Assembly (NCBI GenBank): GCA_951406725.2
Contig: OX597821.1
Span: 32,364,001-32,428,000 of the forward strand
Length of the DNA stretch: 64,000 nucleotides
Source: Octopus vulgaris
Taxonomy: Eukaryota
Direction of reading: 5' to 3'
This document shows, in pieces, positions 1 through 11,379 of this stretch. The notes beneath the pieces are model-generated. The model saw only the letters and a program-made list of their open reading frames with translations. It was not told where the DNA came from and did not search any database. Numbering within the stretch: position 1 is the first letter of the stretch; every line of letters starts with the position of its first letter. Made by a program: the position numbers and the translations under genes.

Positions 1-620
1 GTTAGGAATGAATGGTGTACCTGTTAACAGACTAAACCTTAATGTCTGTCTCGACAGTATGGCGAGATTCTCCGCAGTGGATATGGAGTGTGATGCGAAA
101 AAGCGAGAAAGAGCAACAGAAATATGGGAACCAATGGTTAGTTACATGGGTAAGGTGGGAATCTTGTCGGCTGGTATGGATGGTCTATCCTACAACCTGT
201 ATTTTCATATGCCTGACTTGTTCGATGACCGCTTGGCTGATATCGATCGCAACAATGAAAATAAGAGAATTCTTAGTTCCTGTCTCAAGAATCAGCTACA
301 CTGCTGAGAAAGGACCTGGACACATTGGTACCACATTGATAATTTTCGACCCCTAACGCTCCATGAGTCAGATTTCAAGATTTTGGCCATGGTTCAAATG
401 AACTGGTTGGTGCTTGTCGCCGGTCATAAGATTCGTGATGCAGAAACATACGCTGTTCTGAACACATTGTGCAATGCATCATAGAGATGGGGCAATGAAG
501 CAGGCCTGCGTGGTACCATGACAACTTAGATCGCTCAAATGCTTTCAATAGAATCGATGGCTAATATTTGTTAACTATCTTTTCAGCAGAGGGTCTTTTC
601 TCCGTCTCTTCAAAGTTCAG
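1..620 (+). mobile_element. Decayed Tx1/L1-clade LINE reverse transcriptase fragment
   Basis: Frameshifted RT motifs: SAGMDGLSYNLY (cf. SPGxDGLxxEFY), IDNFRPLTLHESDFKILA at ~335-390 (cf. NYRPIxLLNxDYKILA) and NLDRSNAFNRID at ~523-560 (cf. LDQxKAFDRVD). Stops and frameshifts are present. Confidence 0.8.
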
Positions 621-1629
621 TGAAATTTTTATTTTACTCAACCAATACTACCTATTATGGTCGTCAAAGAGGACCCTTCTTACTCTTCAGTACAGAATGA
701 ATCCGAAGCTTCTACTGCGCAAGTGTGTCACCATCGTTCTCATCAAGAAAAGGAAACGATTGATTTAACTACAAGGAATTTCAGGAAAATCTCGCTCAAA
801 TCACACACAAATTTTGTAAATAAGTTATCTGCAAAACGTAAGATATCCACCCGACCATGATATATCTAGCACTAGACAACAGCAATAATCATCATCAACA
901 TTACCATTCCAATCATTCTTTTACTCTTCCTCATCACATTTATTATCCTCATACACTTTTTTTTTACTCTGACATTCTCATTTAGTCCACATTTAAAATT
1001 CAAGCAAATATTTATCGGTCTAAAAGAAATCATGTTGAATTATAAAATAATTTTTTTTAACACTCACATCAAAGTAATTGATAATCTTATTTCGCGTTAA
1101 AAATAGATTTTGTTTTCTTTTTTGAAAACTGTTTCGTTTTTTTAATTCTTATTTTTATCTATTTCACGTTATTTTTTTTCCTTATACTTATTTGTGTTGT
1201 TTTGGCTTTGAATTTCTGTTCTTATTTATTTTAGCACTCGTGATCAATACCTGATAATTGGGATACTTTGAAACTGATGACTTTTTAGTATGATGTCGTT
1301 ATTTTAATCATAAAATTCAATTGAAACCACCTAGTAACATGTGTTCGCTTTAGAGATAATGCCAAATAATGCTTTCTGTTTGATAAAATATAACGACTAC
1401 CGAGGCAACGAAAGAAGAATTACTATACGGTCGGTGACTCTGCGAGAAGTAGCAGCTAAATCTACCTCACATCATAAACTGCAAATTTTAAAATAAAGAA
1501 AGGACAATCTAATTAAATATGATGTTCCTAGATACAGAAAGTCAGAGGTATAACAGACATTATATTTAGAACCCTATTATATAATACACACAAAAAATAA
1601 TACAGTACGATGATACTGTAAAGTTGAAT

Positions 1630-2043
1630 GGCGGCGAGTTGGCAGAAACGTTAGCACGCCGGGCGAAATGCGTAGCCGTATTTCGTCTGCCGTTACGTTG
1701 TGAGTTCAAATTCCGCCGAGGTCGACTTTGCCTTTCATCCTTTCGGGGTCGATTAAATAAGTACCAGCTACGCACTGGGGTCGATATAATCGACTTAATC
1801 TGTTTGTCTGCCTTTGTTTGTCCTCTCTGTGTTTAGCCCCTTGTGGGTAGTAAAGAAATCAGTATTTCGTCTACGGTTACGTTCTGAGTTCTAATTCCGT
1901 CGAGGTCGACTTTGCTTTTCATTATTTCGAGACCAATTAAATAAATGCCCGTTAAGCACTGTGGTCGATGTAATCGACTTAATCCATTTGTCTGTCCTTC
2001 TTTGTCCCCTCTATGTTTAGCCTCCTGTGGACGATAAAAAAAG
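1630..2043 (+). mobile_element. tRNA-derived SINE family B (Meta/MESC-like central domain), head-to-tail dimer with 14-bp TSD
   Basis: A-box-like TGGCAGAAACGTT, B-box GAGTTCAAATTCC, central GTCGACTTTGCCTTTCATCCTTTCGGGGTCGAT, tail CCCCTTGTGGGTAGTAAAGAAA. The second unit starts at 1861. TSD ACTGTAAAGTTGAA at 1615-1628 and 2044-2057. Confidence 0.9.
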
Positions 2044-2591
2044 ACTGTAAAGTTGAAGTTATGGACGTTTCATCACAAGATGGTTTCGATCGATGTTGAC
2101 CTTGAGAAGCATAAGAACACATTTAACGTCAGCAATGTAAAAGTGACATAGTATATGTACGTTTCGGTGTTTAGTGAATCAAATATTTTAATCGCTGCAA
2201 CGAGCTAACTCTGTTATCCGATTTTCTAGCTGTACCATCGAGATATTCTGTAAATCATAACGCAGCAAATTAAAAAGATATAGATGACACAATGGATAAT
2301 GTATGCAAAGATATACTATGCCTAATAAGAAAAAATACGGACAATTATGAATGGAAGGTTTTTTTAATGAAACGTCACTTGAGATTTAAAAAGCTGCAAC
2401 ATGATTTATCGTCTCAGGAAAAAAATGGTAGAATCTATTTCAGTGACATCGAAGTGTGTAACTTCCTTCAAATGATAATTTATAACTTACGTAGATGATC
2501 ACAAATTGGAGAGACGGAAACAATTGATAGTATCAACACTATTATTGTACCTATTTTTGCGAAAGCTTAAGACAAAGTTTTTCGATCTTGA

Positions 2592-2740
2592 CCGCCGAGG
2601 TCGACTTTGCCTTTCATCCTTTCGGGGTCGATTAAATAAGTACCAGTTACGCACTGGAGTCGATATAATCCACTTAATCCCTTTGTCTGTCCTTGTTTGT
2701 CCCCTCTATGTGTAGCCCCTTGTGGGAAGTAAAGAAATAA
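2592..2740 (+). mobile_element. SINE family B, 5'-truncated copy
   Basis: Near-identical to 1713-1859 from CCGCCGAGGTCGAC to the AAAGAAATA tail. Confidence 0.85.
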
Positions 2741-3777
2741 ATATAACAAAACATTTCGTCTGCTGTTTTCTCTATTCCACCATCCACCATACTTTGACTG
2801 ATCGATTATCGACAACGATTATCGCCAATACAGAAGGCTTTCCATGGCTTGTCTTTCCATGGATAGATGCCCGCAAAAGGACAGGCAGGAAAATGGAGAA
2901 ACATTTTATGTGTGAGTAGGTATGAAACATCAAATACAATTTGATTAATAGTTGCACTGTAATACTATTCCTACAATGAAAAATAGACGGTCAGATTTGA
3001 CGTTATTAACAGTAAGTTTGAAACGAACTAGTTATAGGTACTAAACTTACCTGACGGAGATGGGTGATAAGGGAGGGTAATTCAGGGAGAGTAATTCATT
3101 CGATGCGAGACAGATTACAGCATGGATTCGTTAAAAAAGCATCTGATTTAGGAGTTTCTACCAGCAACGTTCGGCGAATGACACACACAAACACATATAC
3201 ATACACACAGACACATGCACACGAATATACGCACAAAATTGCATATAAGATAGCACAGAATCTAAAGAGTCGTATAAATCCGCAAGACTTATATTATTTA
3301 GTAAAACCGATAAAAGAATACGGCAAACATGCTGCGTTTTCGGACGCACTACTTCTTCGCGGAAGGATGATAGAAACGAAATTAGAAATAGCGGTGTTTT
3401 AATCCTTAAAGCTAGAAAGACTGGTTGTAGCTATATATATGTCCTCACGTATATCTATCTTCATGCATGTATGTATGTGTATGTGTGTGTGTGGTTTAGG
3501 CGTGTTATTAACGAACAGGTAGACTGTGTATTAAATAAAATAAACAGTGATAAAGAAAAGTTCATGGAAGCTCACCTTTACATCATACATTTATGCATTG
3601 CAGTGCTAAGAATATTTCCAATAGCTGACGCAGCCCATCTTTAAGATTTACAGTACTCACCGGTTTTATGTATCACTTTACTTAACACCTGATATCAATA
3701 GAAGATCAATCTTTAATCGTCTTACCTATTTTTTTAATGCTAACAACTACTATTTCTGTTTTAAACAATATTTAATA

Positions 3778-4445
3778 GGCGCAGATTGGCAGAATTGTTG
3801 CAATTTCGGACTAAATGTCTTGTGGTATGTTATACATTTCTTATTCGTTCTGTTTCCCAATCCCGCCATAAACAACACATTTCATCATTTTGGGTCGATA
3901 AAATTGGGTCTGTGGTAAGTAGCTTGCTGACGAACCACATGGTTCCGGGTTCAGTCCCACTGCGTGGCACATTGGGTAAGTGTATTCTACTATAGCCTCA
4001 GGCCGACCAAAGCCTCGTGAGTGGATTCAGTAGACGGAAACTGAAGAAGCCCGTCGTACATATGAATATATATATATATATATATATGTATGTTTGTATG
4101 TTTGTATGTATGTATGTTTGTATGTATGTATGTATGTATGTATGTGTGTGTGTGTATATATTTGTATGTCTGTGTTTGTCCTCCAACATCACTTGACAAC
4201 CGATGCTGTTGTGTTTACGTCCACGTAATTTAGTGGTTCGGCAAAAGAGACCGATAGAATAAGGCTTACAAAGAATAAGTCCTAGGGTCGGTTTGCTCGA
4301 CTAAAGGCGGTGCTCCAGCATGGCAACAGTCAAAATGACTGAAACAATTAAAAGAGTAAAAGAGACCAGTGCAGAATTGAAGTCGATTTCAACGACCGTC
4401 CTTTAACGTAAAATACCTGGCCTTGTACCATCGTTTGAAGAGATT
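3778..4445 (+). mobile_element. Old SINE family B relic interrupted by a family A SINE
   Basis: Degenerate head and central domain at 3778-3908 (TTTCATCATTTTGGGTCGATAAAAT) resumes after 4364 (ACCAGT...GTCGAT...GGCCTTGTACC). Confidence 0.55.
3911..4364 (+). mobile_element. tRNA-derived SINE family A (CORE-like domain, internal microsatellite)
   Basis: GGTTCAGTCCC B-box, CORE-like TTGGG(C/T)AAGTG, internal (TA)n/(TATG)n, GGCGGTGCTCCAGCATGG and an (AAAAGAGT)n tail. Matches five other copies in the window. Confidence 0.9.
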
Positions 4446-4494
4446 GCTTCAGATTTATTTCACTAGGCCTTCCCTGATAATTTTATATGTAGTG

Positions 4495-4660
4495 ACAAGT
4501 TAGGTACATCGACCCCAGTATTGAATTGATACTTATTTTATCGATTCCGAAAACATGAAAAGGAAAGTAGATCTAGGCGGGATTTAAGCCCAGAACAGAA
4601 AGAGCCGGAAAATAGCCGCTAGGCATTTTTTCGAGCATTAGCGATTTTGTAAGTTTGTTG
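4495..4660 (-). mobile_element. Old SINE family B relic
   Basis: The + strand reads CATCGACCCCAGT...TACTTATTTTATCGA..CCGAAA..ATGAAA, the reverse complement of the family B central domain. Confidence 0.6.
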
Positions 4661-4694
4661 CGTTTTTGTCAGATAGAGCGATTTGTATGAACGG

Positions 4695-5025
4695 CAGACG
4701 AACAGAATTCTTGGATCGCCGGACAAAATATCTTCTGGTTTGTATTCTTTCATTATGTTCTGAGTTCGAATCCCATAAAACTTGCTGTTGACTTTCATTC
4801 ATCCGCGGTCGATAAATATAATTCATCGATTGAGTGTAATATCTGTTTCTTTCCTGCAAAGTTTGTTTCCTTGCTCTGGCTCTTCGTTCTAACGGTCAAG
4901 TGCTGCCGAATCAGCCTTTCGGGGTCGATGAAATATGTACCTGCTGAGCACTGGGTCGATGTAATCGACCAGGCCATCCTTCCCCTAAAATTTCAGGCCT
5001 TGTTCTAATAATATAAAGGATTTTT
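4695..5025 (+). mobile_element. Old SINE family B relic(s) with alternative tail
   Basis: GTTCTGAGTTCGAATCCC, CTTTCGGGGTCGAT, CTGGGTCGATGTAATCGAC, tail AAATTTCAGGCCTTGT. Confidence 0.6.
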
Positions 5026-5677
5026 GTTAATATTTCCTTAAAGAATAATACTGCAAATATGGGTCTGTGTGTGGCGCAGTGGTCCCAAAGTATATCTTTT
5101 TCACGTGTTTTATCACACCCCGAAGCTGGTATGATTTGAACAGAGAATATTTAAGGATGGAGATAAATAGTGTTTTTGCATTAGGCACTCCATAATAACC
5201 GCCACTTCAAACTTCACCGTCTTCATAATGTCAAACACTTCCTGTATAGTTCGTTATATTATGTTGATTTCAATCATTCCACCAATCACTTCTATAACTT
5301 TGGGGGTCGTAAATGGTTGGCATGGGGGTTGGTAGTAGTTTGGTCTCATCGATGTCGTTATTGTTACTATGTTCAATTCTTTATTACTTTATTGGATTTT
5401 TATATATATTTTTTATTAAAATATGTTTTATTATTTTTTCGTTCTATTTTTTTTTATTTGTATTTGTTTCGTTTTTTTCCTTTCTTTTCTTCATCGTGTC
5501 ATTAGCAGTTTCAGTTTTTTTTCAACAGTTTTTGTTATTGTGATGTTGTTTGAGTTGAATTCACTAGATGTTATTGTTGTTGTTCTTGTTTTTGTCGATA
5601 TAAATCTCTTTCCTTGTTTTTGGCGTTGTTGCAGCCGACATTACTACTGATATATTTTTAAATTAAAAGAAATCATT

Positions 5678-5713
<36 letters not shown>

Positions 5714-8235
5714 GCTAATGTGGTTATTTTTTTAGTATTCTTACATTTATTATTTCACTATTGTTGTTGTTGATATTTTATTTTTGATGTTTCTGACGTT
5801 GCTGGCATTATTGTTGTATTGTTGTTGTTGCTTTCTTTATTCTTTATTGCTTTCAAATATTACAATCTCACTTTCTTTTATAATCGTACTATGTTTTTTT
5901 TTCCTTCTTCTTGTTATAATCTCACCAAACCCAATTAATCATTTTTAACTTCATATCAGTCACGTTAGAATCATTTATTGATAAACTAACAAAACATTTC
6001 ATCGTTGTGAATTTCTTTTTTTCATTACAATTTAAAATAAATTTGTAGAACATAATGAAAAAAAAAAAAGAGAGAATATTTATTAGAAACAATTGACTAG
6101 GCGCAAAGCCAATTTTAACCTTGCAAAGGATGTAGTTGATTGAATCAACCCCACTATATGATTAATATTTATCATATTGACACACCGAAAGAATGAAAGG
6201 CAAATTTGAAGATGACTGGATTTGAAATCAAATAAGTTCGGATGCCGTGAAATGACGAGAATTCTAACGTTTCGAGCAAAGTCTTGCGTCAAAGGAATAT
6301 TTTGCTTATTTGTTTTTAATTGATTTCTTTGTTAAAGGGCTTTGAATAAAGTTATTCTCACACAGCAGCATATGAACTAATCCAGATATACAAACTACAT
6401 TAAAATATTTTTTTATCGACATAGATGACAACCACTAACCTCTCCACGCCTCTAGATATCCGTTGAAAACACATCGTAAATGTGCGTTAAGCTGGACTAC
6501 ATTAAGTCAAATTCTTTGTTTTTTCTACTACAGTCTTCCCCTTTAGACTTTTTTTCATCCAAAAGGACTGATCTTTAATTTATCTCTCACGAAATTAAGG
6601 AACCAAATGAATCTTAGATTGTAATATACAGCCATGCTATGCCGAAAATATATTTCAATCTTTGCTATAATATTACGTCAGTATAAACACGACGTAATTC
6701 TCCGGAAAAATACGTTTGTTCATCGATCAACTTAATCTTGGCTGAACATGTCAAAACAGCACAACAAAATGAATTACTATAATAATTTACAACACTGAAG
6801 GGAGTTAACCACAAACTTGTAGAGGTGAATTTAGCCGATACAACTATAAGTTTGATATATATTTCGTATGAACAAATAGATATCAAACCTTGGAATACAG
6901 GTAGATAAAATACAAAGTTGATGCATGATATTAAAGCCTTGATATTAAAACGTAAAGGATGTAAGTAAGTATTATAAGACATCCGGCTATATTCTTTACA
7001 ATTTCTACTACGCTACCACTTACCATAAGAAACAAATGTTCATATTGTCTCATGAGAACACAGTACAAATTACCTCGCAACTAAATTAAAACTAGCAACT
7101 GAACCGTGACAGTTTGATCGATGCCAAAAAGTGAAACTAAGCCTCACTTCTAGTAATAAATGTCTATACACTCTATAAGAAGTGAACAGTAAAGATAATT
7201 TCTTTGAATGTAAAGAATCCTGCTAAAAGGAGTAAGTACTTATAAGAAGTTGAATGCACTTATAAGAAGTCAATGCACCTCCTTGACTTAAGAGCAGAGG
7301 TGGACACGAGGATGGGGATGCAACTAATTACCAATCGAAACGAGTTCAATGAGTCGACCAGCAGGTAGTTTCTGACTAACGCCAATATTTACAAATGAAA
7401 AAGAAAATTTTAATAAATGGTATTTAGGCTATGGAAACAGAGCTGCCTGCTTGAAAGACTAGTATTCTGACTACTCCGTCACATAGAAAATATGAGTACC
7501 TATGTCGTCGATTGTTGTGCCGAACATATTAGCCAAATGACTCTCGAATTACAACCTGTGGTGTTAAAAGAAAGCAATTTACTTTGGAAGAGTGTAGTCT
7601 TTGTTTACTGTACTTGACAACAACGTAGCATGGGCAAGGCTGGCACGCTTTTAATTCGACGTTTCCTCCATCAGACTTGTGGAATATTAACAACAAACAT
7701 CATAGATATTTTCGTTGGGTATTTAGAATTTAGAAATTCATTTAAATTTAAAGAGCTTTAAAGTGTGAAATAAAGAAAAATAACAATAAAATACGAAGGC
7801 AAATCGAATAATGAACTGTACACTTTACTCCTCTGAAGATTATAACAACTCTTTGACACGCCTCTACAGGAATATAATTCGCTTGTTTAATTAAGCGCAA
7901 TATCGCACACTTTGAACAGTAGATAATTGGGATGAGCTATCAGGGAAATCTTCTTAATAATTATTGAAAGTGATGTTGAAAATTCACATGTTGCTCTAAC
8001 GCAATTTTTCCCAACCTTTTTTTTGCGTAAATATTCTTTTCTATAAAACATTGGCTGACTTCTACCCATTCCAAAGAGTTCTTTCATGTAATAAAGTTCA
8101 TGCTTGTGCTTGAATTTAAAAAGAATGTAAGCAATTTAATATTACGTTGTGTCTGAGGAAAGTAATTTTCTTTTTGTGCCTTATAATTTAACACATTCAC
8201 CGGTAAAATTTCCACTTATTTCATATTTTTATTTT

Positions 8236-8276
8236 CCTAAAAATTTTCGTTGCGTTTTGCAACCTTTTCAATAGTC
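8236..8276 (-). ncRNA. Minimal hammerhead-ribozyme-like motif (U3:A8 variant), probably a Penelope-like element remnant
   Basis: Minus strand reads CTA-TTGAAAA-G-GTTGC-AAAAC-GCAAC-GAAAA-TTTT-TAG: perfect 5-bp stem II, GAAA, palindromic stem III and CTA/TAG stem I. Confidence 0.45.
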
Positions 8277-8599
8277 TTGACTCAATAGTTTTGTGTGGGT
8301 CAGTGTGTGTGTGTGCCTATGCATGTATGCATGTGTGTGCATGTATATATGTGTTTGTATGTATCTATGTATGTGTGTGCATGTATATGTAAGTATTATG
8401 CTTGCGTGTCCATGCTTATGTGTTCTATGTGTGAGAGAGTGTGTTTGTACATGTATGTACCTCTGTCTCCTTGTGTGTGCAAGTCTGAGAGTATGTGTGT
8501 GTTTTTGCAACTATGTACCGTGTTTGTATGTACGGATGTGCATCTCTATATGTGTGGATCCGTGTCTCCATATGTGTCCTTGTGTGAAGTAAAGTGTGT

Positions 8600-9608
8600 A
8601 GGGAAGGAGAAAATAACCGTTGAAGATCCCACTGCCATGTAAGAAGTGGAACACTTCTAGGAAAATATCTGGCATAATGAAATGACTTACAATAAAAATG
8701 CAGACTGCATTAGACATACAGAAGGATCCTACGAAAACTTACCAGAACAAGCATAGGAAGATATCAAAACACAGACCTAAGGACGGCACTTATGACGGCT
8801 CATTAGAGGAAATCTCCTGATAATGATAGCGTACAAAATTTCTGTCTCGCCTCGCTTCCGTGCGCACACGAAAAGTTAGTCCAGTTAATCAAAGAAATTA
8901 TAAGAGATCCTGCGAAAACACACGATTGGTTAGCAAGAGTTATTAGTTATGTACTCTCGAAGAATAAAGAAACCAACTTTTCCCCAAAGCATCGGTCCAT
9001 AATATGTCTATCTACCACGCATAAAAGTTTAACGTCTCTCCTCATGGAGAAAACATACATTTATTGAACAGAATGATATTTCCCCCACAGAACCAAAGGG
9101 GATGCCGACGAGGCTGATATGGATGCAAAGACCACCGCTTAAGCAATCGCCAGATCCTTGGGAACTGTCATAACAAACGCAGAAATCTCAGTGCTGCAGG
9201 GATTGCTTATAAAAAGGCCTTCGACAGCATATCGCATTCATGGATCTTGAAATCGCTGGATATCTTCAAACTTTCTCCTGTGATTTCAAACTCCCTGAAG
9301 CACAATATGTCAATGTGGAATACGAATCTCCAGATATACCACTCTACTGGAGTACTGACCACAAAAAAATATTAACAACTGCGGCGTTTTCCAAGGTGAC
9401 TCACTTTCACCTTTAATTTTCTGCATAGGTCTAATACCCCTTACAATTGAACTCAATAGAATATAGCGTGGATATAAAATTGGCGACAAGAAAATAGGTC
9501 ATCTGTTTTATGTGAATGACTTAAAACACTACGGCAAAGACGATAATGAGCTTCGAGGACTACTATGTACTGTGGAAGCATTCAGTGATGACATTGGGAT
9601 GGAATGTG
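8600..9608 (+). mobile_element. Decayed R4/Dong-clade non-LTR retrotransposon RT
   Basis: EVEHF*ENIW, GCRRG*YGCKD, AYKKAFDSISHSWI, GVFQGDSLSPLIFCIGLIPL and HLFYVNDLKHY (degenerate YMDD), ending at AFSDDIGME. Multiple stops. Confidence 0.85.
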
Positions 9609-9699
9609 TCTGACCTCCTTGCGTCCTCGTTGCGAACTGAAAGATGACTAAATATTCCCGTGTATTTCCCATCTTCATTGCGGGAGAAAGTAATAATAT

Positions 9700-9975
9700 A
9701 TTCTTTATTGCCCACAAGGTTGAAAAAAGATATATGTACAATGCAGAGACATGGGTGAATGATGAATTACATATACATGAGAAAAAAAATTAACCAATGT
9801 CAATTAACAAGAAATATAAGAACAGTTTTGAGGAAACTACAAAGTAGATGTAACCGTGGGACCCACACCGCCAAGGGTATCACTATTCACTACTTACATC
9901 ATGCAGGCGCAAACCTTTGGCCCTCATCATAACATTCAATCTGCTTTGAACAAATTTACTGGTGGAATGCGGTAA
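9700..9975 (-). mobile_element. Putative Tx1-type LINE 3' end (ORF2 C-terminus plus 3' UTR)
   Basis: Minus strand ends in CCTTGTGGGCAATAAAGAATA; upstream peptide STSKFVQSRLNVMMRA is reminiscent of Tx1 ORF2 termini (weak, from recall). Confidence 0.4.
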
Positions 9976-10884
9976 ATTATTTTTTTATAGTTCACACCAT
10001 CTAGATTCTAGCTCGCTTTGTACGTTACATTTACAAGACAAGGATAGTTACTGATCAGAGTGCGAAAGATTTTACCATGAATAAAATACAAGCAAGTAGT
10101 CAAATGCAAAAGCATGAGACACAATACAAATGAGACTCAATACAAATCCCAGTGTACATAACGTAAGAAAAAAACACAGCAAGAAAATATGAAAGGCAAA
10201 CAGATGTACAGAACTTGTGGTGAAATTTGCAAGTTCAGTGTGTTCACTGTTTACTGTTGAGAGATTGTATTCTAGCAATGTAAAACAAAGGATTATAGCA
10301 ACAGTTTCAGTTTAGCATGAAGGACGATTCTAGGATGTCCAATCTCAGCAAGCTACTTGTAATTCATCTGCGCAAACGGATACGCAAGTACAAAAGCAAA
10401 TACAAAATCTGAAGATATTCAATGTGTTGGCAATGCAATTCATTTATCTATACTTCAGTTCAGATCTCTGGTTTGACCAACGCAGCAGAGAAAGCAAATA
10501 TAGTAAGAGAGGCAAATATAAAAAATGTAAATACAGAAAAGAAAATATAAAAAATATAGACAAGTAACGTGAGTAATCCGTCATGGAATACTTGTAAGGT
10601 ACTGGTAATTCTCATCGATCGTGCATACAGAGAGATTTCGCATAAAAGTATCTGCATAAATCCATGTATGAATGTCAAGACGTATACATTATAAATGTGT
10701 GTGTATAAATATATTTTCATACATATCTGTGTATGTGTCTGTGTGTGTGTCCGTGACTCTGTGTCTATGTGCAGGGGAGGGTCTAGCCGTCGTATATAGT
10801 TACTTTATAGCATTTATATGTAAATACGTATATAATATATGTAGTCGTGTATACATACACACACACACACACACATGCATACAT

Positions 10885-10937
<53 letters not shown>

Positions 10938-11345
10938 AGCAGCCAGGCGCATTGTGATGCCAAAAAAGAAAAGTTCAATCGTCACAAAGTGCGACTAAGG
11001 ATGCCAGAGTGCCCACATTGCTAGATATAAGAGTTAAAATATTCTTAATGTTGTAAGAGCGCATAGCATATGCATACATGCTGACAGGAGAGGTAACCAC
11101 CCCCGGCCACTTCGAGAGTCATTCATCCTCGATCTAGTTTCGTCTATGACTGTAGACATCGTCAGTGAAGATAGCTGCAACGGCACATGATCGGCTAGTT
11201 CCCTTTAACAACATATATGTATTTACCATAAAAAGTTATCATAGAAATTTATTTATTCGTATACTAAAAATTAATTCACACAGCCAGGCGCTATACGATA
11301 CAATAAAGGAAAAATTCAATGGTCCCTAACTGTGACTTACGATAG
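10938..11345. repeat. Diverged ~65-bp direct repeats (10938-11005, 11281-11345) flanking a hammerhead motif; pseudo-LTR-like
   Basis: CAGCCAGGCGC...AAAA(G/A)TTCAAT.GTC...G.GACT occurs twice about 340 bp apart. Confidence 0.55.
11126..11171 (-). ncRNA. Hammerhead-ribozyme-like motif, minimal type I
   Basis: Minus strand reads TCTTCA-CTGACGA-T-GTCTA-CAGTCA-TAGAC-GAAAC-TAGATC-GAGGA: exact CUGANGA and GAAAC boxes and a perfect 5-bp stem II; the cleavage-site region is degenerate. Confidence 0.6.
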
Positions 11346-11379
11346 CATAAATTGTTATGGTGAATACATACATACATAT

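Noticed and set aside
3064-3402. 112-aa plus-strand ORF
   Set aside because: GTG start, crosses a (CA)n tract and has no recognisable domain.
7655-7680. Minus-strand CTGATGGAGGAAAC as a hammerhead
   Set aside because: No room for stem II and position 9 is wrong; it lies in what looks like an old LINE relic.
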